From: Harriotta raleighana
Lineage: Eukaryota
Direction: 5' to 3'
DNA length: 64,000 nucleotides
Assembly (NCBI GenBank): GCA_050575255.1
Contig: JBNZDD010013726.1
Location: 5,885,678-5,949,677 of the forward strand
The notes under the pieces were generated by a model. The model was not told the DNA's origin and searched no databases. It worked only from the letters and a program-made list of their open reading frames with translations. The position numbers and the translations under genes were made by a program. Each line of letters begins with the position of its first letter. The first letter of the stretch is position 1. Positions 12,730 to 24,518 of the stretch are shown in pieces.

Positions 12730-14281
12730 CTAGATATTTTCAGATGAAAGAATGGAAATTTCTTAGATGTGCCAAAGTGACAATTCTGCAGCATTATAAC
12801 AGGACGGCCGAGCACTTAGATCTGTCAGTTACCATCTGGCCCTCTGACGGGGGGCCTAAACTTTGTTCTACAAATCCACAATGCTATGGTCCCAGGAATC
12901 CAACACTAAGTTGTTTGGGATATGAAGTTACCGTGGTTTCAGGAAGGCGGAAAACATTCATCTGAAAATAGAATTTTGCTTGTAAAGAGAAAGCATGTCC
13001 TTCTTAACAGATTTTGGTTCTTTCATTTTGCTTCAGTGACCATTTTCCTGTCCAGTTTTTAATTACTAGTCATTGAGAGGAAAGGAAAACCTAGTAAGTG
13101 TCTGAGTTTGCGGATTTCATTATGAACAATCCCTCAAACCAAATTCCACATCTGCAGCTGGTGGGAATTATCCAAATGTGTGCGGGATCAGAGGTGACAA
13201 GTCTACAAGGGTCCTCCGGAGAGTAATCACATCCAGTGTCGCATTGGGAAACATTTAGCAGCAAAGAAAACTGAAACATTTGCACCACATTGCATTACTT
13301 CAAAAGATTATGTAGAGCATCTACCGTTAGTTTAATGAATCATTCTCTTATCTGAGTTTACAAGGATCATTTTATGACGTCACNTTACCGATAGTCTTTG
13401 TAGAGATAAATTCTTAACTATCAGTAGAAAGTATGAATTTACATCGATATTGATGAGTGGAACTGAGTCCGGCTGACCCTACTAGCAAATACAACTCTAT
13501 AAATAACGATTTGTAGGGTACCCTGGTATGAGTGAAAATATTTGGTGGTAAGCATTCTGGTTGGGTAATGCTCCTCACACATCGACCTAAGCCATCTGGT
13601 GGCTGAAAAAAGGATTAGCCACATGATCTGACAATTGACCTGTAACCTGCTATGTTGCGCAGTATAATGAATGGTGTAGATAGACGTCCATAACAACCCT
13701 ATGGGGTTCCAGCGTTTTAAAATCCTTCAAAGTGACAGTGTATTTTGTAAATATTCTCTTGCTGAATTAATTTTAAAAATGGCATCTAATTGAACAATTA
13801 CCTCAAGAGCTAGTTTTGTTGTTGTAAGGGATTATTGCTCTGCTGCTCATAATGCATGTTTACATTTTTCGTGTTGGTTTATATTTGACTCCATGAGTTA
13901 GTGCCTTAACGTATGGCATTACAGACCACTGGTCATATAGCATAAAGGTTTAGCCAGTCTAAAAAGGGCAATACCTTTTAAGGCCATGGTATCAGATATT
14001 CTCAGTAGTGTGCCAAAGATTAATGATTAAAAATGCATTTACAATAAATAATAATCCTTGCAATTGACATTTAGTGTAAATGTCTCCATCAAAATCCGAG
14101 ATTGGATTTGCTTCCTTTCCGCACACTTAGCTACAATTAAGCATGCACTTAAACATTTTTGTTACAATCTAAGTGACGAGAAGCCATTTCATCAAGCTTT
14201 ACACATTTCACTTTTCAAATTCTTAAAAGTTTCCACAAATATTTCTGAACTATGATAAGCACAAAGACTATCGGTAAGGTT

Positions 14282-14294
14282 CCACTAGAGGGCA
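14282..14294 (+). promoter_or_regulatory. Candidate CTCF core motif
   Basis: CCACTAGAGGGCA matches the CTCF core consensus CCASYAGRKGGCR in apparently non-repetitive intron sequence. Motif only, no binding data. Confidence 0.45.
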
Positions 14295-14749
14295 AAGAGT
14301 TTGGGGATTAAGCAAAAAAAAGCATCCTTAAAAATCAGCAGCTTTGTAACATCTTCGGGATTTTCTCTTCTGTATCAAACACTAAATAAAATTCAGAAAT
14401 GTTAAGCATTGCAACTGCACTAGAAAGCCATGGTAACCAGTAATGAGCTAGCAAATGTGATTTCTGTCTGGTTCGTCTTACATCGCACACTGGACCCTTC
14501 ATGAACCAAATTGGAATGACAAACACAGTCAGTATGACTGATGAATGCTATATTAGACTTCTAAACCACCATAAACAGTCAGACTCCAAAAGTGCCACAA
14601 ACACAGATCCCCAGATTGATTTGAACAACATGGAATTCAAAACACAGACATACAGAATTGGATTCCACATCCATCGGACCCATCTATATTGGTAGGTTGA
14701 TACAAGGCAACACATGTAGGTGAAACAATGCCTGGTATCCAAAGATATT

Positions 14750-14855
14750 AATAATCCTTGCATTTGATATAGCACTTTTCACGTCTTCTAGATGTCTCAA
14801 AGCGCTTCACAGAATATACTGTAAAGTGAATTGACTGTATGTTTGTGGGCGAAAA
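14750..14855 (-). mobile_element. 5'-truncated young SINE
   Basis: taataatccttgcatttgatatagcacttttcacgtcttctagatgtctcaaagcgcttcacagaatatactgtaaagtgaattgactg. Confidence 0.85.
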
Positions 14856-16127
14856 AGTGGACATACACACCGTTACATTTAGTGTATTTTAAAACTCAGG
14901 ACATGATGCAGTGTAAACGTGAGTATGTGTGTGCAGTATTATTCCGAGGATTGGAGGATATCTAAATTTGTCACCTCTCTCAGGTTGGACATTATTAGTG
15001 TCACTGTTGTGAGGTGCACTTGTAGCACATTGTTGATTTCACTCAACTCGCATTTGAAATAATGGATACATATATTTGTAAGGAATATCCTCACTTTAAA
15101 CGAGAAAGAGCAAACTTCAGATTTTTCCAAAAAAGAATTTAAAATTCAGTTTGAGTGACCTGATAAGTGGACTTGTCTTCATTACAAGATCAACATTAGC
15201 ATATTCATTCCTACTGCGACATGAAAGGCACTCTAGAAATGTAATTTTGCTGTTGTTGCTGTTTCTTGATTTGTTCTAGACTCTAGTGACGAAACCAAAT
15301 TACTTTGTACTCCCAGCATTACTGTAGCTGGTAATAAACATAATGTTGCTTTGTTTCTACTATTACAAATATATCATTACAATTTGGAGTTTTAAAGCAC
15401 CAAAGTAGAGTTTCAGAGTTTTAGATTTTGCAATGAACACATTTCCGGAGTTTGGATTTGGTTGTCTCACAATTTTATATAGTGTTTTATTAGCTCCCTT
15501 TATCAACAATAACAGGAAATAAATTTGTTTTGGAAAGTATTTGGATAATGTGAGTCCCACAACAGGGTTCACGTGTGCCAAATAGCATATCAATGTCAAT
15601 TAACCCTGAATAATGATTCAGCATCAACATTTGGGAATGCACTCTGAGATCGTAGAAATAAAACATTTATATTGAGTGAGCATTTCTCTTCTTGATAGCA
15701 TCTCTCCACATTTCCTCTCCATTAATGGTATAACTGGAATTCAAAACCCCCAGTGGAACCTATAATTGCTTCTCTGTTACACATTTCCAGCACAGTTCCG
15801 TTATGAGTCAGCTTTTGTTGGATTGTCGAAAACGTCTCCTGTGTGAGAGATTTAGGTGAAACAGATGGGACAACACAAGAGCTCGAGTTGCAGCTTCACT
15901 GGACACACCTTTTTAAATCCTTCAATGAGATGATTGCTCTCTGACAGAAGGTTCAACCCATGATAGACTCTTTCAATTATATCGAGACCCTGTTTGTTAA
16001 TCCAGGGTCATTAAAAGGAAATGTTTCAGAGCAAATTACTGAAGTTGCTCCAGTTAAACTGGCTATATCTGCAATGGTTTGAATTAGAACTGAATAATAC
16101 CTCAATAAAAATCAGCAGCTTTGTAAC

Positions 16128-17245
16128 ATCAAAGGCTGCCGAAAGCCTTGTCCATGCCTTATCACCTCTCGGTTGGACTCTAATGCCCTCCTCACTGATC
16201 TCCCCTCGTCCATCATTCACAAAATTCAGTTCATACAATACTCTGCTGCCAAACTCCATACCCCGATTATCCCAGTCCTTGCCAAANGCTCACCCCAAAG
16301 GCTGCCGAAAGCCTTGTCCATGCCTTATCACCTCTCGGTTGGACTCTAATGCCCTCCTCACTGATCTCCCCTCGTCCATCATTCACAAAATTCAGTTCAT
16401 ACAATACTCTGCTGCCAAACTCCATACCCCGATTATCCCAGTCCTTGCCAAACTCCACTGGCTCCCTGCCACAGAGCGGATCAACATCAAGATCATCAGT
16501 CTAGTGCAGTGGTTCCCAACCTCAAGTCCCAACCCAAATAAGGGTCGCGGGGGTCCTCAGTAAGGAATGCGAAAGGGTCATCAGAATTTCAAAAAAAAAT
16601 TATAATGCTGAAAAGTGCCTGAGGTGACACCACCAACCAATTTGTATGAAAGACCATATGAGCGAGTTGCGCTGAGTCCACAAAAGAGAAGGAGATATCG
16701 TCTTGGCTGAGCTTCGCTTCAGTCGCACAGTTAGGATCGCAGCAAAANCGAGCGAGTTGCGCTGAGTCCACAAAAGAGAAGGAGATATCGTCTTGGCAGA
16801 GCTTCGCTTCAGTCGCACAGTCACCAACAGGTCCTCCCGATCCTTAGGGAGGACCTGTTGGTGGCCAAATTAGGATCGCAGCAAAAAAAGTTGGGAACCA
16901 CTGCTCTAATGTTTAAATCCCTCCATTCCTTGGCACCCTCTCTCTCTCCAACATCCTCTCTCCTCATAACAGTACCCATTGCCTCCACTCTACTGGGTAT
17001 GGCCTTCTCCTTTGTCCTCTGAATCTTCTGCTGCAACATCGACAGCCGTGCTTATAGACACTACGCCTAGAAATTTCTCCCTCAACCCCTTTGCCTTGCC
17101 CCCTCCATCCCCATCTTCAGGTCGCACGTGACCACCCTTCCCTTCAATCATGCCTACAGTCACCATCCCCCTTCTCTTGGCTCAGCCTCAGGTTTCGCTC
17201 TTGTTAAACACTCTGAGATGCCACCCGGCATCGAAGGCGGTAGAT
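16128..17245 (+). mobile_element. L2 3' fragment interrupted by a hAT MITE
   Basis: AAESLVHA..ITSRLDSNALL..LPSSIIHKIQFIQYSAAKL..PVLAKLHWLP..ERINIKI, resuming after the MITE as MFKSLHSLAP. Ends in ataaatgcaagttgttgttgttg. Confidence 0.88.
16507..16903. mobile_element. hAT (Charlie-like) MITE nested in L2
   Basis: Perfect 14-bp TIRs cagtggttcccaac / gttgggaaccactg. Degenerate 8-bp TSD gtctagtg / ctctaatg resembles the Charlie NTCTAGAN preference. Length is inflated by an N-joined duplication at 16748. Confidence 0.88.
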
Positions 17246-18798
17246 AAATGCAAGTTGTTGTTGTTGAACCTTATGATGGCTCTGGTTAATCTGGATACCA
17301 ATTTGGCGATTGTAATTCAGTCAGGTTATGCTGATTGTCAGAGAATAGGATATGACAAGTTTGGAGTTAATCAGGCAAGTGTGATTGTGCTGTGTGTACA
17401 CCTTCACTTCAACTCCTACAGCTTCTCCTTCAAAAACAGGTCAATTGCCTCCAGTCAGTAGCAAACGTCTACCTTCTAAATCTCCTTGATTCACATTGAA
17501 GCCATTGAGACGTAATAGCATCTTGCGATCTATCAAAATAATCTATAATAGACATTCAATTTCCCAGTAAATTGACTGCAGATTATTGCTCGAAAAACCT
17601 GCATCAATGACCTTGCACTCATTGATTTTTGTGTGTGAATATCATTGTGATCAAGGTTGAGAGGTAGTCATGTGGAGAGCAAACACAGCCCAAATAAAAG
17701 ACACTCCTCTGTAAAAGTGAATCCATACGTATTATACAATATGAGCTATCAGATACCAGGGAGATTTTTTTCAAGGCTTTAATCTAATTTGGTGTTTATA
17801 CAATAGTTATGAATCTTTTCAGTTTCACCAGAACCTATCTATTCTGATTGCTCTCAATAATTCATTCTATGTACATTTTATCTCCTCTAAGAATTTGGCA
17901 CACCACAATTTAATATTCTAATTTTCAAGAAGACACTTATTTACAGATTTTTTGTTTTTTTTAAATGAATGTCATTTCCTTCAGTCTTTTTTTGCTGGAA
18001 AGTATGCTTTGGTTGTGTACATTCAAATTCAATAAAGTCCATTGTAGGTTAAGGTACAGAGGACAGACAGACGTAGATAAGTATAAAGCTGGTAGAAGCA
18101 TTTAAATCACAGTATACTGTGCCGTTTCCTACAAGGTAGTCTGCCTATGGATTCAGCAGTCACATTTGAATGGAGAAATTTTCATCAAGTATGAAACATT
18201 TCCAGGATTTTAGAACTCCAGAGACAAACTGATTTTGTGGAAAGCTCTGCCAAACTTTAATTAGAGGAAAGGCATTCCAGAACACTGCATTAATTTGTAA
18301 AATATAAGTTTGTATAAAGTTGGTCAGTCATTTATATCCAAGATATCAATTCTGAATGAGGGATTACTTGGGCCCTGAGCCAATGGTTTGAAAATTGATG
18401 ATTTATCTGGAGTACATAGAAATCCTGATTCACACAGAACACTTTGGCAGTTAGTTATGATTTTGTATAAGGATTCAACTGTATGACATGTCACAGTTAC
18501 TGAACCACTTTAAATCGAAATTGTTGAAACAATGCAGCCCATCTGTTTAAAGAACAAAGCATTTGTCTAAACCTATTTCAATCGCGCTTGAGTTTTAAAG
18601 CCAATTTTCAGGTATGTATAACTTGGCCTGTTGAGATGACGTTGTTTTTAATAATTTTAAACTGTGCCAAATTAAGGAACATTCAGTTCAATTCAATCTT
18701 AAATTGAAAATCAATTTATGCAAATCTTAACAAGCTGCGGCTTCCATGTCAAGATTGATTCAAAGAGTTTTCCACATATTACACAAGTTATTGTTATC

Positions 18799-19233
18799 AA
18801 TAACAATTCTTGCATTTTATATAAAGCCTCATTACATCGTCGAGACATCTTAAAGAGCTGCACAGATATAAAATAAGTGGATTGACTGTGTGATTTGTGA
18901 AAAAGACCGTGAAATACAGCAGCCAGTTTGTGCGTGGCAATGTCCCACAAACAGCCATAAACCAAGGGGATTTGTCCTTGGCCAGGATGCCAAGAGAAAC
19001 TCGCTTCTCTTTTCAAATAGGGCCATAGAATCTTTAATTTCTGAACAGATAGATGGGACCTGGGTTTAACATCTCATTCGAAGCATGGCACCTCAGACAT
19101 GTATCACATCCCTAGCACTAGATTGGAGTGTCATCTCAGACGATGTGGTTCCAAATCCTGATGTGGGACTTGAACCCATAACCTTTTGACTCAGAAGCTA
19201 GACTGCTACAGCTAGACTGAGCCAGGCTGACAC
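18799..19233 (-). mobile_element. Older full-length DeuSINE (SacSINE1/AmnSINE1-like central domain, tRNA head)
   Basis: Reverse complement: head gtgtcagcctggctcagt...gggttcaagtcccac, Deu-like core gagatgttaaacccaggtccc...gattctatggccctatttgaaaagagaagc...tgtttgtgggacattgc...ctggctgctg, L2-like tail. Family recognised from memory. Confidence 0.78.
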
Positions 19234-22200
19234 ACAAATTCAATCTATTTCACATCTCTATTTCAATCCTCTTTTTTTTTAAAACAAATTGCAACATGTG
19301 AAAACACTTTACAGAGAATCATAACAATACTGAATTGAAACACTGAACTTTAAAGACATCTTCCAGTTAAGTAACTAATGAAGCAAACAGAGGCAGAACA
19401 GAAATGCTTTTGTTAGTATCCATTGCTATTTCATCTTAGTACAGTACACTGAACCCAACTCATTATACTATACAAGGTCAATAAACAGAAAACGTCAGAC
19501 TCTGATTGGCATTCACTTTGAATGGGCCTTAGCTACAAAAAACAACTCACTCAATCCAAATGAGTTCAACCTGTGCCTACTGCCTCTATAATATAAACTA
19601 AATCCTTCGTTCACATCAGTTCAGACAGAAAAATAATTAAGAATCACCACTTCAAGTATCTAATTATTTGCAAATTTGAATTGGGTATGTTGCAAGAAGT
19701 TAGGGTCTTCTGTGTGAAATGAACAGAAGGAGAAGGGAAGTTTGGAAGGGTGGAAACACATTTTACCAACCAGTGAAGATGATGCCAATAGATTTAGTGA
19801 ACTGTACAAATTGCTCCAAATCAGTCTATGAGAACCTCTGCAGGTCTAAGATTTAAAATGCTTCAATTCTAAGCCTGGTCTAATTTTCCTGTGTGGAATC
19901 GACTAGCTGTTTGGCAAACTTGGGACCAAAATAAATGTTTGGTTCTAATTTTAGAATATTTATTTACGGTAGTGATAATCTAGGAGAGTGTGAGAGTGAA
20001 ATCTGACAACACTTGCAAACAATCTAGTTATAAGTCTAGACATTAGTACTTTGTGCCCTTACTTAGAATCATAACCTATCTTGAGTGCTTATGTGAAAAT
20101 TGGACAAAATGACCAGTGATCGTCTCAAGTGATTGTTATCTGTGGTTAATACAGTACTTCACCACTCCCGTAGATTTACAGGGAGCCAGAGAATAGTGCA
20201 ATGAAATCACTTCATTAATATGGTTGAGAAAATACTAAAAGAACAAATAAACTCCTGAAAAATGCAGTGCAAAATTGTTGCAATGCTGCAGCCTAACTCT
20301 GACATTCCACATGGCAAATGCTAAACTATGTTTTCATGGCAAGATGTCCCTCAGTATGGCATTTAGGAATAGGAAATCCCTGACATAACAACCGTCGCTT
20401 TCAAATAATACTTGAAAGACATCCAAGAGGCCATATGTGCATCTGAAAAACCTTCCAATGGTGTCATTCTTAGTGGGATGTTTCCACATCTTATTTTAGC
20501 TCTCTCTACGTGTTCAAGTATCCAGCACAGGTATACTCAGCTTTATCCAATGTCAAGTTTGTGTTTGAGCATCTGGAAAGGTATGACTCAGGGACATTCA
20601 GGTGTACTAAATGTTAGTGACAATAAACATCACCCAGTAACTTCTCTAGTCATCCTGTGTTAGACCAATAATCACTATATAATTAGCTGGCAGTAGCCAG
20701 AGGTTGTCCATGTTATGACAGCTTATTAGTAGTTTGCCCTTGAATTTGAATAATAGATACACAACAGTTAATATGTTGATGTTCCAATGTACACTGAAGC
20801 AACACTGTCCCATAATTTCTACCTTCAACCATTTTAATATTAATAATTTAAAAAACTAGTGCTCACGGTAACAGTGCTCATAGGTGTTCTAAATCCCATC
20901 AGTTTTTATATCTTGGATATGTAATCTTTACTGTACTTGTAGAAAAAAATAGAAACATGGGTTCTCTGTTCCCCGAAACACCATTTATTTGTCTGGAGGC
21001 CTCTCTAGCCCTAGCTGACACCCACCTACAGTAAGTGTAATGAGGTTGTAATGCAGTAAGCGTAATGAGTTTGTACACACACCTTCTTATTCCTTTGAAA
21101 ATAATCTGAAGGAAAATGTTAGTTTCACTATAGAGTTGCTGTACAGTTTGTGGAATCCATTTCCATGTTTCTACTTAGAAGTTTGTTTGTTGCAAATCTG
21201 CCAATTGGTGATTAATTAGATTTATTATGATTATTATTATTGTGTTGTTTGGTTTGGGTTTCAGTCTGTTTATTTCTAAGAAACTGAACCTGCATTAGCC
21301 AGAATCAGCCACTAAGTGTCAACCTAGTTCTGGAGACGTCTCCCGTCACACTTCTCAGCTTCAGTTATAGGATTTGAGTACAGTACTGTTACAGGAATGT
21401 TACAATCCAGTCTTTCTCCCCTAAAGCCCCAGATTTTCTTCTCATAAAGAAAGCTAGGCTTCTGAAAATTTATAATCAAAACTTGTATAAATCAAAGAAC
21501 ATGAGATCACACCGTGTTGTACATGTGAACATACATAAATTAAAACAACATCAACAACTTCAATATATGTAGCATCCTCCATGTCGGATGGAGTCTCATA
21601 AACATAAATAACCATTACTAGTAGGGGTTCAAGGCTTAATCACATCATGGAAAATGTCCATTTCTCTTTGCTGATCTTCAATCTGTCTCACCTGTGTTGT
21701 ACTGCATGTCTGAAGATGATGATTGAAAAATGGAAAATACAACAATTATAATATAATGTAAGCTGAATGAACTGCTTTTAAGCCATATGTAATTTTACGT
21801 GTACCTTTTAAAATAATGAGTCCTTGAACAATATATGATTAGAGAAGGTCTGTTAGAGTGTTTGCAATATGAATCCACAGCCAGTGGATTCACACTGCAA
21901 ACACAATATGAAACATGNTCTTCGGCTGAATGAACTGCTTTTAAGCCATATGTAATTCTATGTGTACCTTTTAAAATAATGAGTCCTTGAACAATACATG
22001 ATTGGAGAAGGTATGGCGAGTGTTTGCAGTATGAATCCACAGCCAGTGGATTCACACTGCAAACACAATATGAAACATGACAAAATTAGAACATAAATTT
22101 TAACAGATATACTGTACTAAGTGAAGTGATTTTCCTTGATGGAGCAGCATTTAAAGCCGTCTCCACAATTTTGAGAGCAAAACCACTTGTCAGCTCAGTA

Positions 22201-22419
22201 GTCATGTAAACCCAGGTTTGTTTAAAGTAAGAACCAGAGAAAATGAACAAGTCCGTGACAACAGTGTTATCATGGCTGGAGTAAAATACTGCTCCACCTC
22301 TAGCAATGGCTGCTGTTAGCTCAGCAGTGCCACCAGTCACGACGTCCTGGTACTGCCACAGCTTGCCACTTCTAATACATTTAATACGTTTAATAATAAT
22401 AATTTAGTATAACAGCAAC

Positions 22420-22583
22420 AACTGGGTGACTCAAGTTGTGGGACACTGCCATGTGCAATTGTCTGCAGCGTTTGCAGCCCACATATATACAATCAATTCA
22501 CTTTAAAGTATATTCCGTGACGCGTTTTACTGGACTTGACTAGAATCCGTGAAAAACGCTATATCAAGGATTATTATTATTAT
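22420..22583 (+). mobile_element. 5'-truncated young SINE
   Basis: tgtgggacactgcc...caattcactttaaagtatattccgtg...ggattattattatt. Confidence 0.8.
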
Positions 22584-23566
22584 TAGCTTAGTTCAAATTA
22601 AGATAAACAAAATGTTGTATTCCACTCCGAGAAATCGGATGCAGTAAATGAATGAAATTATTTTAGTGACTGCCACTGAAACACACAAACTTTGAACGTC
22701 TTAGCAACTAACAGGTGGCAATTCAGCAGCTAACACGAAAAACATTAATCAGGATCCACCAAACGTTTCCTCAAATAATATATCTGTGTTGCTGGCTACT
22801 GTAAATCGATTCATCCAATTGATAGAAAAAGCAAAGGTGTCCAGGGACCAACAGCTCGAATGTTGAACTCAATGACTATCTCCAACAGTAAGACATCCAA
22901 ATCACTGGAAACATGTAAAAGGAAATAATAACGAGTCTGACATTTGGCATTGACGCACATTATTTGTTGCAGCTAGTCACTTCCTTTTCTGCACAGTGAT
23001 CAAACAACCCAAAAAAAATTATGCTTCCAAGCAATCTACCAATGCTACAAGTCATGAATTTTTAAAAAGCATTGAACTAAACCAAAACTCGGGTAACTGA
23101 ACAACTTCTTACACTTCGCGTTACCCATAAACAGAAAACAGATTATTTAAAACAATGCAACACTTTGTATATTCTACAACAGGCAAATTCTGCTCCACCA
23201 AATGTATTATACAACAAACGCAAATTATATTTGTCATTTTTAGCAATGTCATTGCAGCGCTCACTGTGATAGATGCTTTGGGAATGTTCAATAAATACTC
23301 AAGTTCTCGAGGGATGTTTTTGGATTCCAACTCCTCGCGGAGTTGTCCAGTCATTTATTTTACTCTGGACTTGGTGTATGTGTTACCATTTCTTTTACCA
23401 TTTGTTAAATGCTTATCACAGTGGTCCCCAAGCCTCTGTAATGCAAAGTGGAAGGAATTTTTCTCCTTTGCAGTGAAATATATTTTGAAACATCAGCTGC
23501 AGATGACAATGGCAAATTTGTATAACATGCAAAATCCTTCTGGGAGTATGACGTTGATCAACATAC

Positions 23567-23641
23567 TTAGCTTTAGCTTCAGCGTCTTCATAAGCCTTGT
23601 TGGAAACATCTTCTAGACCTCCAATCAGATGTTTAAATGAG
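23567..23641 (-). CDS. PRKG1: PRKG1 exon 9-equivalent (75 nt; CNB-B C-helix/switch helix)
   Basis: cag|C TCA TTT AAA CAT...AAA GCT AA|gtatg encodes (D)[24 protein letters not shown](K). Phase 2-2. Confidence 0.97.
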
Positions 23642-24222
23642 CTGAAAAGAGTCAGAAGACAGCATTCAGAAAATCCACATTGCTTTTTTTACTGGGATTT
23701 TGTTACAAAATATATTTAGCAAATGATGGGTTCTGCCAGCGTCGTCTCTAGGCAGAAATAACAGTACAATAACACTGCCCACCTGCTATTTAATATTAGG
23801 ACAGTCAAGACAACAGATTGACATTGAGTCTGCATTGAATCGAAACATATGCACTGCATATTTCCGTAAAATATATGGATTAGTATGGAAAACAGAGCTT
23901 TAAAATAATACCAACATTTATGATTGTTGTTTAGTACAAGATCTTAAAGAAGCCAGAGTGAATATTTAAAAACCATTTTAGGGTAGTGACGTAGAATGTC
24001 ACTCCAAGGGTTCCCATCTGATAAAACGAATTTAACAATTACAAGTAAATATGCCACTTGCACGTGGGAAAATGTCTGTGCCTGTAAAGGAATTTTAAAT
24101 ATTCTCTGAAAAGAGAGACACTGTGATTGCCTTTGAATTCTGTGAAGTACTTTGAGATGTCTAGAAGATGTGCAAAGTGCAATATCAAAGTGTATGGATA
24201 ATTATTATTATTATTTTGATGT

Positions 24223-24518
24223 TGCAGTCACTGTAGCCTAGCGGTTAGAGCACTAGCCTTGCAAGAGAGACCTAGGTTTGACTCCAGGCAGGGCAAAACC
24301 TTGGGCCAGTTTGCTTACTCCGCACACCTGATAATAATCCCTCAAAAGAAAACAATAAGAAATTGGTCATCTCAACCCACGGCTGTTGGCAGGACGTTGC
24401 CACGTTTCGCCCACAAAATATACAGTAAACTCGCTTTATAGTATATTCTGTGAAGCACTTTGAGATATCTAAAAGACATGAAAAGCATTATGTCAAATGC
24501 AAGAATTAGTATTATTAT
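24223..24518 (+). mobile_element. tRNA-derived SINE, full length, preceded by another SINE tail (about 24120-24216)
   Basis: A-box tagcctagcgg, anticodon-like cttgcaa, decayed B-box gtttgactcc, body and tail. Confidence 0.85.

Noticed and set aside
16021-16563. Longest ORF (180 aa)
   Set aside because: L2 ORF2 remnant inflated by the N-joined duplication at 16287 and running into a MITE.
23155-23616. 153-aa plus-strand ORF overlapping exon 9 antisense
   Set aside because: F/L/I-rich composition typical of AT-rich noncoding DNA, no recognisable domain, no splice or promoter support.
23973-23982. Isolated CArG box and scattered TCF (WWCAAAG) motifs across the window
   Set aside because: Several of each are expected by chance in 64 kb at this base composition.
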